The notes beneath the pieces are model-generated. The model did no database searches. It was not told where the DNA came from and saw only the letters and a program-made list of their open reading frames with translations. This document shows, piece by piece, positions 9,701 through 19,653 of a DNA stretch of 64,000 nt. A program made the translations under genes and the position numbers. How positions within the stretch are numbered: position 1 is the stretch's first letter; every line of letters starts with the position of its first letter. This DNA is from a virus, in the IMG/VR virus record IMGVR_UViG_3300017917_002918, positions 1 through 64,000 of that record; one strand, 5' to 3'.

Positions 9701-11690
9701 AAAGCTTGAAAATGATAGCCTTAGTATAAAAAAAACAATGGTTGCATTAGGTGATAAGCGAGCGGATCAGTTAAAAGAAGATACAGAAAAGGCACTTAAT
9801 GAAAAAGATTTAGCCATTGAGAAAATTGGAGAAATAGAAACAGAAGGTCAAATTGCAAAAAAAATTAGTTTAATCAAAGAAAAGATATCTGCGAGAACTG
9901 GTTATATAGATGAAGTAAATGCATATACGAAACGATTGGAATACAACAAAGAAAATGAAAAGTCAGATATATTTGTTTCACAAAACTCTACGGGCGCAAA
10001 ATATTTAAAAGAACTTCCAGCTATGCAAAAAGCAAATGCTAATGATTTAAAAGAAATTAATACTTTAAATCTTGAACTTGCTAAGAAACAAGTTGAAAAG
10101 TTCGATCTTGCCCTTGAAGAATTAAGTGCTACTACCAGTAAGTTTAAAGAAGAGTTGGACTTCTTAAAAGAATGGCAACCACAGAACTTTGAATCTATAA
10201 ACACATTGATTAGTGGTGTAATCACTAATACTCAGGCAGAAATTAATCAATTAAAGACTATGGAAACTTCCTATATCGCCAAACGTGATCAAGCTAGACA
10301 AGATGGTGACATAGAATCTTTTAAATTGTTTGATGACTTGTTGAAAAAGACATATCAAAATGAACAAAATAAGATCATGGAAAACGCCAAGTTGAAGAAG
10401 GAACAACTTCAAAACTCATTCTCTGAGCAGAATAGAAACATTGAAAAATTGCTATTTGGTGATTCTTCGCAAAAAGCAGAGCAAGATAGAATCAATTCAT
10501 TAAAAAAAGAACAAGACACCTACATTTCTGGCGAAGAAAAAGTGTATGCGTTAAATTTAATGCGAACGGAACTCAATAAATACAATAGTGACATACAGAA
10601 TAAAAAGATAACAATATATGATGCAGAATTAGATAGACTAGAAAAAATTGATAAAATAACTCGTGATGATCTAGATACTTTGAAGAAGAAAATTGAAATA
10701 AAACAACTTGAGTTAAAATTAGATAATTTGAGAGAAGAAAAGACAATTAAGGTTTTAAGAAAGCAAGCTGATGGTAAGTATGCTTGGAAATTTGAAGCAG
10801 ATCAAGGTGCAATCAACGAAACAGAGAGTCAACTAGCTTCTAGTAGAATCGATCTAATTAAAACTCAAAAAGACAAAAGTATCAAAGCACAAGAGGATGA
10901 TCTTAATCAAAAAATTGATTATATGAACGAAGTTAAGGAAATACAACAAAAAGCCTTAAACGGTGAATACAAAACGCAGGAAGAGTTCACGGCTGACATG
11001 ACTAGAGTTAATGGTAAATTAAGTACGAATTATAAAAATATGTGGTTTGGTATAACTTCAACTCAAGCAAATGCTTCTGTTCTAATGAATGATTATCAAA
11101 GTAATATTGTAACTTCTTATGCTACATTTACAACTAGCATGAAAGAACTTTCGGCTAGCTTATCTGAATCTGTACAGAATTCTGCAAACGCATTACTTAA
11201 TTCTGTTGCACAATTAGAAGAACTGGCTAGACGTGCTGAGGCTGCAAGGGCTACGATTACTGGTCAGGCTATGGTATCATTCACAGGAGGTTCTATAAAA
11301 AATGGCGTTCCTCAACCAGAAAATAGACCCTCTTCTAGTGCAAATATAAACACAACACTTAAAAATGCATGGACTAACATACAGGGTTATCATGCTGACG
11401 GGATAGAATCAGGAGCGGTAACTAAAAATGGAACATATATGTTACATGGATCTGAGTCTTCTCCTGAATGGGTGTTAACAACAGAACAAATGAAAACATT
11501 TATACGAAATATGGCTTCTAAAGCTTCATCTTCATTTACGATCAAGAAACCATTAGCACCTTCATTTTATAATAGTGGTGATACTTCCAATGTTAAATCT
11601 GAAGTGTACAGTTTTAACATTGATACAATTCAGACCAATGATGTTACTAACTTAATTAATAGTATGAAAAGAAAGATTAGATCTAATTAA
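6780..11690 (+). CDS. Tail tape measure protein, exon 4
   Basis: TMP core continuation, hydrophobic segments (NPLGWIA), long coiled coil, C-terminal HGS...PEWVLT motif. The four exons total 7098 nt from ATG 1659 (2365 aa). Confidence 0.92.
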   Translation, partial: TYHYSKLIGVLNNYDVALEANKMQLHSQGSAYSENQKRMDSFEGRLGKLKTTVESFWNSSINSDLFKGMISGLTVLIDKFGNLGTVLSLIGTGLALWKGNEILSFFKTLPASISTSIKEMTLFKNIALAMELRELGLLTTTQLLSSSFKALGISIKNAFLSNPLGWIAMGFTAVTMAVDMFGQKAEESKQQIKDSIEAYKSLNTEVDSLTATYIEIGDKWKTDNDEKKKLIETETRLKEIFGESAKALNLQTGTVDDNIKKFKELKAIKDAEFLLENKTKINNAKDRLSSYKSESFFSDSPADTLNLAPELLGKIFAGNPKQVLAQLESELALLGKRLDEVKAKGTPFDVNQYSYSFDLVNAKIKEYKENIKPDTDLLEQADQKEKAIAETKILNLDKLNEKQTAVYTNLKNFVKYSNADQYQKDLQQVQVILSSFDGKNVAEVEQQLRAIANLPNKDIETVMKSLADGTYKSGKSAEESKKAEEELNKTISNSINNIQTLNSAQDELNENHKLSTQTLESVANKYPELLAYMNDEVLMSQKIQEKIKQEKDDYVDASYKKIESNQSFFDNVIKNDKELWSTLSDAYGDDLKNFKSLEDAKLEIDNEISAQILTNWMQLDATTKEIMRTNIDLLGEALGSDVPNGQDSYDLAMKASTGMMKAGATEDDVAKAVDSGAALKVNKMKKALDTAKAKTDEIFRNANFGDGRKSSGSTSAGSSSPAINEEVYKVEKDRYMGLNQVLTSVNNSLEKNQALQKNATIEERVKLIAEEIELLRQKRKAINDIAWEQSQEAKEKKAYLEKNNVKFDQNGNIDKASYDSVIDSIANNTESMKRKGNATKIAENNQLLKNLEQANKDYLSATANAAKSINERESLTGDIFAKQNDKTKAEIESVLAPLGEHLTDLNDQLTGLQSKYDLLGESEFDSKIENINKQIVNQKLALIDTDKALSELRAKYNKQDTNAIEKKEILKEIVKLENDSLSIKKTMVALGDKRADQLKEDTEKALNEKDLAIEKIGEIETEGQIAKKISLIKEKISARTGYIDEVNAYTKRLEYNKENEKSDIFVSQNSTGAKYLKELPAMQKANANDLKEINTLNLELAKKQVEKFDLALEELSATTSKFKEELDFLKEWQPQNFESINTLISGVITNTQAEINQLKTMETSYIAKRDQARQDGDIESFKLFDDLLKKTYQNEQNKIMENAKLKKEQLQNSFSEQNRNIEKLLFGDSSQKAEQDRINSLKKEQDTYISGEEKVYALNLMRTELNKYNSDIQNKKITIYDAELDRLEKIDKITRDDLDTLKKKIEIKQLELKLDNLREEKTIKVLRKQADGKYAWKFEADQGAINETESQLASSRIDLIKTQKDKSIKAQEDDLNQKIDYMNEVKEIQQKALNGEYKTQEEFTADMTRVNGKLSTNYKNMWFGITSTQANASVLMNDYQSNIVTSYATFTTSMKELSASLSESVQNSANALLNSVAQLEELARRAEAARATITGQAMVSFTGGSIKNGVPQPENRPSSSANINTTLKNAWTNIQGYHADGIESGAVTKNGTYMLHGSESSPEWVLTTEQMKTFIRNMASKASSSFTIKKPLAPSFYNSGDTSNVKSEVYSFNIDTIQTNDVTNLINSMKRKIRSN

Positions 11691-11785
11691 ATTTAATATA
11701 TTTGATATTTTTTTATATAAAATGTAGAACTTTTGTAAATAATAGTATATAATCTTGAGACATTAATTTATTGGAGGTTATTGTT

Positions 11786-13210
11786 ATGAAAAAGTTCTAC
11801 ATTTTATTTGCAATTTTAGTGTCGATGTTGTCTATGAGTACTTCTACATTTGCACAAGGTAATGAAGAAATAAAAGTATTTGTAAAGGGGTTACAATTAA
11901 AGTTCGATGTTCCACCACAAATGCAAAATGGTAGGACATTGGTTCCGTTAAGGGTAATATTTGAAGCATTAGGAGCACTGGTAGATTGGAATGATTCAAC
12001 ACAAACAATAACAGGAATAAAAGAAAATACTAAGATTATTTTGAAGCTAAACAGTACAACAGTAACAGTAAACGATAATGTAATTACACTTGATGTACCT
12101 GCTACAACAGTAAATGGGAGAACTTTAGTACCAGTTCGTTTTATATCTGAAGCTTTGGGCATGGATGTCAAATGGGATGATAAAGAAAAAAAAGTAATTA
12201 TTGACAATAATATGGGTGGTACTTCTACTGATCGAGTGTCAGTAAGTAAAGAAGTATATACAACAGGTGTTGTAAAAATTATTGATGGTGATGCGTTTAC
12301 CTTAAACTCAGACAAAACTACAACTATCGAGTTTAAAAATGGCGATAAGTATGTTGGCGAGATAAACAGTGACAATAAACCACATGGCAAAGGTACTTAT
12401 TCTTATAATTCAATCGGACGAGTATATACAGGTGAATTTGCGAATGGCGTAAGAAATGGATATGGTGTGTCTGAATATGTTTCAGGTGAACGTAAAGGGA
12501 ATAAATATGAGGGATACTTCCTTAATGATATTGCACATGGTAAATGTAAGTATTCACAAGCAGACGGATTGAAATATGTAGGAGATATATTAAATGACAA
12601 GTTTACAGGTGATGGAGAAATGACATACCCTGATGGATCAATTTATAAGGGACAATTTTTAAATGACTCACCAGATGGTCAAGGAACTTATATTTTTGAA
12701 GATGGTAGTAAATATGTTGGTGAATGGAAAAGGGGCAACAGAGAAGGAAGTGGAACTTTCACAACTACAGATCATGTTTATATAGGTGAATGGAAAAATG
12801 ATAAAGCAAACGGCTCTGGTATATTAACTTATGCTAATGGTGTGAAGCTTATCGGTGAATTTAGAGACAACCAATACATTACTACGCAAGGTGGCAATAA
12901 TCTTACACCTACAACTACAAATACAAACAAACCAAGCACTAATACAACCACTACTACAAATACAACTCCGCCAGTAAACACAGCTTTTTTAGCTGAACAA
13001 AAGAGACAATTTGAACAAGCAATATCGGATATTCAAACACAAATAGCAAATGCACAAAACGAAAAGTCAGCAAAGGTTTTGGTAACTGCACCTGATGGCA
13101 CGAGTAAGTGGGAATTTCAAGCCGACCAGAGAATTATTCAACCATTACAAGAAAGACTCAAAGCAAAACAGAATGAATATAATTTATGGAAAGCTGCGAA
13201 TGGACAGTAA
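11786..13210 (+). CDS. Exported moron protein: signal peptide, copper-amine-oxidase N-terminal-like domain, MORN repeats, Thr-rich linker, TMP-like C-terminal segment
   Basis: MKKFYILFAIL..STFA signal; GRTLVPLR and GRTLVPVRFISEALG motifs; repeated YxGxWxNxxxxGxG; own AT-rich promoter region and terminator. Confidence 0.85.
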   Translation: MKKFYILFAILVSMLSMSTSTFAQGNEEIKVFVKGLQLKFDVPPQMQNGRTLVPLRVIFEALGALVDWNDSTQTITGIKENTKIILKLNSTTVTVNDNVITLDVPATTVNGRTLVPVRFISEALGMDVKWDDKEKKVIIDNNMGGTSTDRVSVSKEVYTTGVVKIIDGDAFTLNSDKTTTIEFKNGDKYVGEINSDNKPHGKGTYSYNSIGRVYTGEFANGVRNGYGVSEYVSGERKGNKYEGYFLNDIAHGKCKYSQADGLKYVGDILNDKFTGDGEMTYPDGSIYKGQFLNDSPDGQGTYIFEDGSKYVGEWKRGNREGSGTFTTTDHVYIGEWKNDKANGSGILTYANGVKLIGEFRDNQYITTQGGNNLTPTTTNTNKPSTNTTTTTNTTPPVNTAFLAEQKRQFEQAISDIQTQIANAQNEKSAKVLVTAPDGTSKWEFQADQRIIQPLQERLKAKQNEYNLWKAANGQ

Positions 13211-13290
13211 TTGGATATTTTGATTTTAACAACGCTTTATAGTACTATCTCTTCCTCATCTTTAACAATATAACAATTTGCAAATTGCAA

Positions 13291-13326
13291 TAAGACTACG
13301 ATTTATAGCATAGTCTTATTTTTTTA
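13291..13326 (+). terminator. Intrinsic terminator after the moron gene
   Basis: TAAGACTA...TAGTCTTA hairpin followed by a T-run. Confidence 0.7.
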
Positions 13327-13358
13327 TATATATAAATACCTATGAATCGAGGTGACTT

Positions 13359-14474
13359 ATGGCTATATATAGTCCAGTGGCTTTAGTACCAAACAACACA
13401 GCAATATTACACACCGCAAATAACGTGTTCACTTGGGAAAACTCAGGTGACGTACAGACACACTATCAAATTAAAATATATAAAAATAGTGACAATAGTC
13501 TAATTTATGATTCAACTAAATTGGCTTCATCAAATCCACAACACACCCTTACATCTGGTACATTGAGCAATGCAGAAACATGTAAATGGCAAGTAACAGC
13601 ATACTCGAATTTGTTGAGTGCCAAGAGTAGTTGGTATTTATTTTACACAGCTTCGCTTCCTACGGTAACAATTTCATCAACACCTAGTAACAATCAAACA
13701 TGGACATTTGATGCAATATATAGCTCTGCACAAAATATACCTGTTAAAACTTATAGATACTATTTATATAATGCTTCAACACCTACTGTTGCAATTGGTG
13801 ATTCAGGTGAACTATATCCTATTACATTAGTTACGAACTCCTCTACCCCACTTACTCATACGTTTGATGGTATGCTGAGTGAGCAAACTTATTCAGTTAA
13901 GTGTGTGGTTGTAAATCAACAGGATGTAACAGTAGAAAGTGGATTATCAACATTTACTGTTAATTACAATTATCCTCCTCCAATACCAAAATTGACAGTT
14001 ACACCAGACAATGAATTTGGAATAATGCGATTAAATTGGTCTAAATTAAAGCAAATATTACCTGTTGTTGGTGGAACACAAGATTATGATTATGTTCAAG
14101 GTAAATGGAATTACGGAATAAAGGTTAATGTAGGTACTACCATTACATATACAGAACCAATACCAGAAGATTACACTTTATATTTTTGGGTAAAGTTTCC
14201 GACAGGTTACACGGGTGATGTATTAAAGTTTAATAAAAACACTAATACAGGTATGCGAATATTCTTCACAGGTAATCAATTCGGATTTGAGCTTGATAAT
14301 GTGATAACAATAGGGCGAATGATTGAAACGTTACATCCGAGTGATACATTAGCACCGAGTGACACATTATTTATGACAGGAGGTAACATATTAGAAAATT
14401 GGGTGATCTTGGGTATTAAACATGGCGAATTACTTATTAAAGGTGAAGATTTTGAGGAAATATTAACATTATAG
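13359..14474 (+). CDS. Tail/baseplate protein with Fn3/Ig-like domains
   Basis: Beta-rich sequence (FTW..YQIKIY..WQV); position after TMP; PSDTL repeat. Confidence 0.6.
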   Translation: MAIYSPVALVPNNTAILHTANNVFTWENSGDVQTHYQIKIYKNSDNSLIYDSTKLASSNPQHTLTSGTLSNAETCKWQVTAYSNLLSAKSSWYLFYTASLPTVTISSTPSNNQTWTFDAIYSSAQNIPVKTYRYYLYNASTPTVAIGDSGELYPITLVTNSSTPLTHTFDGMLSEQTYSVKCVVVNQQDVTVESGLSTFTVNYNYPPPIPKLTVTPDNEFGIMRLNWSKLKQILPVVGGTQDYDYVQGKWNYGIKVNVGTTITYTEPIPEDYTLYFWVKFPTGYTGDVLKFNKNTNTGMRIFFTGNQFGFELDNVITIGRMIETLHPSDTLAPSDTLFMTGGNILENWVILGIKHGELLIKGEDFEEILTL

Positions 14475-14490
14475 TATATAACGAAAGGAT

Positions 14491-16383
14491 GTGTTTAATT
14501 TGGCTTATAGTCCATTAGTTTGGAAAAATGATATAACAACACCTTTAAATAAAACAAATTTGAATAGAATAGAACAGGGTATAAACAAGTTATACAATGG
14601 TACAGGATTATATTTTACATCTACTAATGTTGGCAATGCATACAGTGTAACATCTGCCACACCTTATACATCGTATACCGAAGGTATGTGCATTAATGTA
14701 AAGTTTAATGTAAGTAATACTGGTGCAAGCACAATTAATGTAGATGGATTAGGTGTAAAAAATATAAAAAAAATAATAGCGACAGGTAAAGTAGATATAG
14801 TAGCAAATGATATATTGACTAATGGTATTTATCAATTAATTTATGATGGTGTTGATGTTATATTGCATAATTATACATCCAAAATGACTGTGTTAGAAAG
14901 TGGAACACCTACAAATGGGCAATATGTATTTTATAATAATGATACACCTCAATGGAGTTTTGGAAATATTGGTAGATTGAATTCAGAATGGTATTTTAAT
15001 GATGCAGTTTATACAACTTGTGGATTGAATAGTTCTGGTGAAATTACTTTAGATGATTATGTTGTTGATAATACAGTAAATTCAGGAGCGAGTAATGATA
15101 ATACATTCAATGTAAATGCAAATACAAATGGCATTGGTCAAAGATTTGATTCAACATTTACTACTAATATGACCTATATAAAAGGTGTAAGTTTTTATAT
15201 TTACAAACAAGGAAATCCAGGATCTTTAGTTGTCACAATATATGATGAAACAGCAGGCTCAACTTTGGCTACAACTACAATTCCAGCAAGTAGTATAGCA
15301 GGTGGTAATAGTACTGTTGCGGTGAGCTTCTTTCCTTATGCAACGATAGTAAGTGGCAATGTGATACAAGTTCGAGTAACAGCAGGTACAGGAACGTTTG
15401 ACGGATCTAATTATTACAGTTTATTCACAAGCAATACTAGTACTGTTGCTAATAGCTTTGCGATAAGCACAACAAATTCATGGTCAAGTAAAACAGATTA
15501 CACCACAAGAGATTTTAATTTTTCAAATTTTATTTATATTTCTAAACCAAAACAAACGTCGGGTAATGTAGTAAAAACATATACTCCTCAAGACTTAACA
15601 CAGTGGGCTAATTTAAAGTTTACAAAGACAACACCAACTAACACTTCAGTTACATGTGATGTATTGGATAATAATAATAATGTCTTAAAGTCAAATGTAA
15701 CAAGTATTGCTGATTTGTCAGATATAGATGTAACGACATATCCTACAGTTAAAGTCAAGTGGACGTTGACAAGGAATGCCACAAGTGATACAACACCTAA
15801 AGTTTATGCACCAAGTATTACATTTGAAGCTTATAAAATGCCAAAAATGAAAAATCAAATATTCACTTCAAATGGTTATTTCACTGCACCACAAACTGGT
15901 GTATATAAAGTTACGGTAACTGGTGGTGGTGGTAGTGGTGCATTATCATATTCTTACAGATGCGGTGGTGGCGGTGCTGGAGGTACGGCAATTAAGAATG
16001 TTTCCTTAACAAAAGGCACTTATGTTGCAGTAACTATTGGATTGGGTGGTATATCCCCTACAGCAAGTAGTAGTCATGGTAATACAGGTGGTACATCTAG
16101 TTTCGGTGCATATTGTTCTGCGACTGGTGGTGGCGGAGGATATTACACTACTTCGGTAGGTATTGCACAAGGTGGTACTTGTGGTAACGGTAGTGGCGGA
16201 GATATCAATATTTATGGTGGTATTGGGATGTTTGGAAGATATAGTAGCGATCCGTTTGATGGTATGGGTGGAACTTCTTTTTACGGTGGTGACGGTGCTT
16301 ATGGTACAGGTAGTGCTGGTAACTCAGGCTCAAACGGTAAATTAGGCGTTGTTATTGTTGAGTGGGTGGAGGATTCCTTATGA
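14491..16383 (+). CDS. Tail fiber protein with C-terminal glycine-rich domain
   Basis: N-terminal 'TPLNKTNLNRIEQGI' and 'NTGASTINVDGLG' fiber motifs; C-terminal FT..GYFTAP..GGGG..GVVIVEW. Confidence 0.8.
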   Translation: MFNLAYSPLVWKNDITTPLNKTNLNRIEQGINKLYNGTGLYFTSTNVGNAYSVTSATPYTSYTEGMCINVKFNVSNTGASTINVDGLGVKNIKKIIATGKVDIVANDILTNGIYQLIYDGVDVILHNYTSKMTVLESGTPTNGQYVFYNNDTPQWSFGNIGRLNSEWYFNDAVYTTCGLNSSGEITLDDYVVDNTVNSGASNDNTFNVNANTNGIGQRFDSTFTTNMTYIKGVSFYIYKQGNPGSLVVTIYDETAGSTLATTTIPASSIAGGNSTVAVSFFPYATIVSGNVIQVRVTAGTGTFDGSNYYSLFTSNTSTVANSFAISTTNSWSSKTDYTTRDFNFSNFIYISKPKQTSGNVVKTYTPQDLTQWANLKFTKTTPTNTSVTCDVLDNNNNVLKSNVTSIADLSDIDVTTYPTVKVKWTLTRNATSDTTPKVYAPSITFEAYKMPKMKNQIFTSNGYFTAPQTGVYKVTVTGGGGSGALSYSYRCGGGGAGGTAIKNVSLTKGTYVAVTIGLGGISPTASSSHGNTGGTSSFGAYCSATGGGGGYYTTSVGIAQGGTCGNGSGGDINIYGGIGMFGRYSSDPFDGMGGTSFYGGDGAYGTGSAGNSGSNGKLGVVIVEWVEDSL

Positions 16384-16901
16384 GATATGCTAGATTAGAA
16401 AACAATAAGGTTATGGAAGTAATTAACTTTAATCCAACTGGTAGATTTACAGAAGAATTGTCATCTCAATTTATCGAGTGTGATGATTCCGTTCAACAAC
16501 ATATGATTTATAACAATAATGAATTTGTATTTGATTTACCTTCATTAGATGAAGTAAAAAAAGTAAAACTACAGGAATTAAATAATGACTGCAAACGTAC
16601 AACACTAGGTACTTTTACATCTTCGGCATTGGGTGAACCTCACACATACTCTTATGATGAAGAAGCACAAAGAAACTTGATACTAGGTAAAACTTTAGTG
16701 GATAATTATTCTGATACGGACACTATTAATTGGCGTATAAGCGATACACGACAAGTACTACCTCATACCAAGTCACAGTTTTTAGTGTTGTTTCAAGACT
16801 CTGTTATACACTTGATGACTAATATTGAAAAGTTTAGATTGTTAGAGTCTCAAGTAAATTCCTGCACAACAAATGAAGAAGTAGAATTAATCAATTGGTA
16901 G
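16380..16901 (+). CDS. Tail fiber assembly protein (DUF4376-like)
   Basis: Follows the fiber gene; motifs 'LDEVKKVKLQEL..FTSSALG..YSYD..Q.NL' and terminal 'EEVELINW'. Confidence 0.7.
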   Translation: MRYARLENNKVMEVINFNPTGRFTEELSSQFIECDDSVQQHMIYNNNEFVFDLPSLDEVKKVKLQELNNDCKRTTLGTFTSSALGEPHTYSYDEEAQRNLILGKTLVDNYSDTDTINWRISDTRQVLPHTKSQFLVLFQDSVIHLMTNIEKFRLLESQVNSCTTNEEVELINW

Positions 16902-16934
16902 TAATTAAAATATAATTGTGGAGGTAGATTTTTT

Positions 16935-17813
16935 ATGTTTATTTTAGGACTCAATCTTATTACAGATGGCGTTTTTGGAAATGCTCTACCTCCAAAATCA
17001 TCATATGATTCCGTTACCTTTTATGGCAATGAAAACGCAGAAATATTAGATGGTATACATATGAAAGCTTATGAACAACCAGATTCAGAAATATTAGCAG
17101 TTAATTCAGAAGAATTATTTTTTGAGACAGAAACAATTTTTCTTGCTAATTTTGAACATAACCTAGAAGCAGGTACAATAAGCAACTCAGACAACCCTAT
17201 AACTAATTGGGTTGTGAGAAGAAAAAGATCTGGTGACACACTTAATCCAATCGTAGCAGTATTGCCATACAATCCAATAGAATCTAATTATGTAGATTAT
17301 GAAGTTGGTAATAGGATTAATTATTTATATACTGTTTCACCTGTAAGTGGAAGTGGTAATAATAGAGTTGAAGGTCGAGGCGTTGAAGGAGGTAGTATTT
17401 TGGACTTTTTTGGATGGACATTGAGTAGCATTGAAGCTACTCCAACAATTTACAAATTTGATTTAGAAATTGACAGTGATAATATTAGTGTTGTAACTGA
17501 TTTTAAATTATATGAAGGCTATACGCGCTTCCCTATTGCACGATTTGGAGAAATGGAATATCGTAAGGGTAAATTAGACACTATTCCATATGCATATAAT
17601 GAAGTTGATGGTACATATACGATTGATACTACTTTGCTGAACAATATAATTGCATTTATAAATGACAAGAACGTTAAGATATTGAAGATGCCATCTGGTG
17701 AAACATTCAAAGTTGTTACCACAGAAGCATCATATAAGTATTATGACAAAATCGCTGAGCAACCTTATAAGTTATCATTTTCATTCTTGCAAGTTGGAGA
17801 TGTAACTAATTAA
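16935..17813 (+). CDS. Baseplate/distal tail protein
   Basis: Position in the tail operon; Fn3-like YVDYEV..YLYTVSP segment. Confidence 0.5.
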   Translation: MFILGLNLITDGVFGNALPPKSSYDSVTFYGNENAEILDGIHMKAYEQPDSEILAVNSEELFFETETIFLANFEHNLEAGTISNSDNPITNWVVRRKRSGDTLNPIVAVLPYNPIESNYVDYEVGNRINYLYTVSPVSGSGNNRVEGRGVEGGSILDFFGWTLSSIEATPTIYKFDLEIDSDNISVVTDFKLYEGYTRFPIARFGEMEYRKGKLDTIPYAYNEVDGTYTIDTTLLNNIIAFINDKNVKILKMPSGETFKVVTTEASYKYYDKIAEQPYKLSFSFLQVGDVTN

Positions 17814-17844
17814 ATTATGATGAAATGAAACGAGGTGACGTGAT

Positions 17845-18969
17845 GTGGCTGTTACGTATCAAGATTATGTTGCTCAAGTTAAGAGTAGTGTTGCACAGAG
17901 GATACTTAAAATTGAAGTCCTAGACAACAATGAAAATATAATTGACACTATTACACCTGATATAATTTCTGGTGACTTGCAATTAAGCTCAGATTCAGGT
18001 GCTAGACGAAGTTGTAATATAGTATTCAACAATTATCAAGGTGACTTTATTCCTGTTCCTGGAGAAAAGCTGTGGATAAATAGCAAATTTAGACTCTGGA
18101 CAGGACTAAAAGTTAACAATGAAGACTACTTTATAAGTCGTGGTATATTTATCAGTGGTGAACCTGAAATAAACTCAAACAGAGCTGAAAACATATGTTC
18201 ATTGCAACTGTACGATAAATGGGTCAATTTGGATGGTTCATCGGCAGGAACACTAGATGTAACATATAAGATTCCAGCAGGTACGGATCTAGAGTCTGCT
18301 GTAAGACAAGTTTTTTCCGATGCAGGAGAAATCAAGCCTGTTATATTTGAACCCATAACCGCCACATTGCCTTATACGGTAATTATTGAACCAAACGGAA
18401 CATATGCCGACATATTACTGAAATTGGCTGATATGGTCTCCTACGTTGTCTATTACGATAATAACGGTTATCCTAGATTTGAGCCACCAGTAGATATTGA
18501 CACAGCAGGATCTATATGGGACTTTACAACAAATGAAGGATTATATTTAGGCTCAAGAAAGCGATATGAATATAGCAAGGTGAAAAACTTCTGCAAAGTA
18601 ATTGGTGCTAATGTGAATGGACAAATATATAAAGGTGAAGCTTCTGACACAAATATTGCATCATCAACTAGGATTGATTTAATCGGTAAACGTGCATTAG
18701 TTATAACAGATGATAACATATATTCTAATGCTTTGGCTTTAGAGAGAGCTAATTTTGAGCTTCAAAAAGCCATACAAGTTATTGAAAGTGTTAATGCTGA
18801 ATCAATTCCTATTGATGTAATCGAAGGTGATTCTCTTATTACTATTACAGATTCAAGTGCAGGATTCGATAATAGTAGATACCTTGTCAAGACAGTTACA
18901 TTCCCATTGTTGAATGATGGTAACATGAGTATGAGCGTGTGGAATGCCAGAAGTCTATTGTCTAGCTAG
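17845..18969 (+). CDS. Baseplate hub/tail protein
   Basis: Motifs 'G.RRSC.I', 'G.FI..P', 'YYD.NG..F' and 'IG.R' typical of hub proteins. Confidence 0.6.
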   Translation: MAVTYQDYVAQVKSSVAQRILKIEVLDNNENIIDTITPDIISGDLQLSSDSGARRSCNIVFNNYQGDFIPVPGEKLWINSKFRLWTGLKVNNEDYFISRGIFISGEPEINSNRAENICSLQLYDKWVNLDGSSAGTLDVTYKIPAGTDLESAVRQVFSDAGEIKPVIFEPITATLPYTVIIEPNGTYADILLKLADMVSYVVYYDNNGYPRFEPPVDIDTAGSIWDFTTNEGLYLGSRKRYEYSKVKNFCKVIGANVNGQIYKGEASDTNIASSTRIDLIGKRALVITDDNIYSNALALERANFELQKAIQVIESVNAESIPIDVIEGDSLITITDSSAGFDNSRYLVKTVTFPLLNDGNMSMSVWNARSLLSS

Positions 18970-18986
18970 TGAAAGGATGGATTATA

Positions 18987-19292
18987 ATGGCAGAGTTAAA
19001 AAGAGATATATTACCTATGGATTCACCTGATTCAATTAATATGCTAACAGAGTTGTTTCGGGATATTGCAAAGCAAGAATTAGCTAAAGCACAATTTAAT
19101 AGAATGATTATTGCCAAGGTCATCTCGGCAGATAATGTGGCGAAAACAGCGAGTGTTCAATTGATTAATGATGGTGTGACTATTGATGGTGTGAAAAATA
19201 GATGTGGTGAAAGCTTAAATGCTAATGATTTAGTGTATATTTTGCTTATAAATTCATCATCAAGTAATTTCGCAATCACAATAAAATGTTAA
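18987..19292 (+). CDS. Small baseplate/spike-like OB-fold protein
   Basis: Follows the hub gene; 'AKVIS...ASVQL...L.AND.V.I'. Confidence 0.45.
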   Translation: MAELKRDILPMDSPDSINMLTELFRDIAKQELAKAQFNRMIIAKVISADNVAKTASVQLINDGVTIDGVKNRCGESLNANDLVYILLINSSSSNFAITIKC

Positions 19293-19344
19293 ATTTGTAA
19301 TAATTAAATTATAATAAAACAGGCAACAGAAAGGACGTGATCCT

Positions 19345-19653
19345 TTGGCACAAAAATATGATGCACCTACTACGGTGGTTAGTGAAGTGGCTAAATTAAA
19401 TGAGTTATTTTTGCTTGGAAATGGCAAATCAAGTATACCTGCGGGAACATGGAATAGTTCTAGTTCAGGGATAACTTATACATATAGTAATGGTTTAGAT
19501 TTATATTCGCAAGTACAAGCATTTTTACTTCCATATCAAATTGTGGCTTCAGACTGGAACGGATTAGAAACTACGGTTGCGGAAGGTGTTGCGACTGCCA
19601 TAAACACAGTAAATGATTTGGCAGATGTAATTTCGTTGGGAGGCTTAATATAA
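19345..19653 (+). CDS. Hypothetical virion protein
   Basis: ORF with RBS, coupled to the next gene. Confidence 0.45.
   Translation: MAQKYDAPTTVVSEVAKLNELFLLGNGKSSIPAGTWNSSSSGITYTYSNGLDLYSQVQAFLLPYQIVASDWNGLETTVAEGVATAINTVNDLADVISLGGLI

Noticed and set aside
1647-11690. TMP as a pseudogene or as two separate genes (625 aa and 1637 aa ORFs)
   Set aside because: Group I intron signatures and exact frame restoration explain the breaks; the ATG at 6777 is the end of the intron
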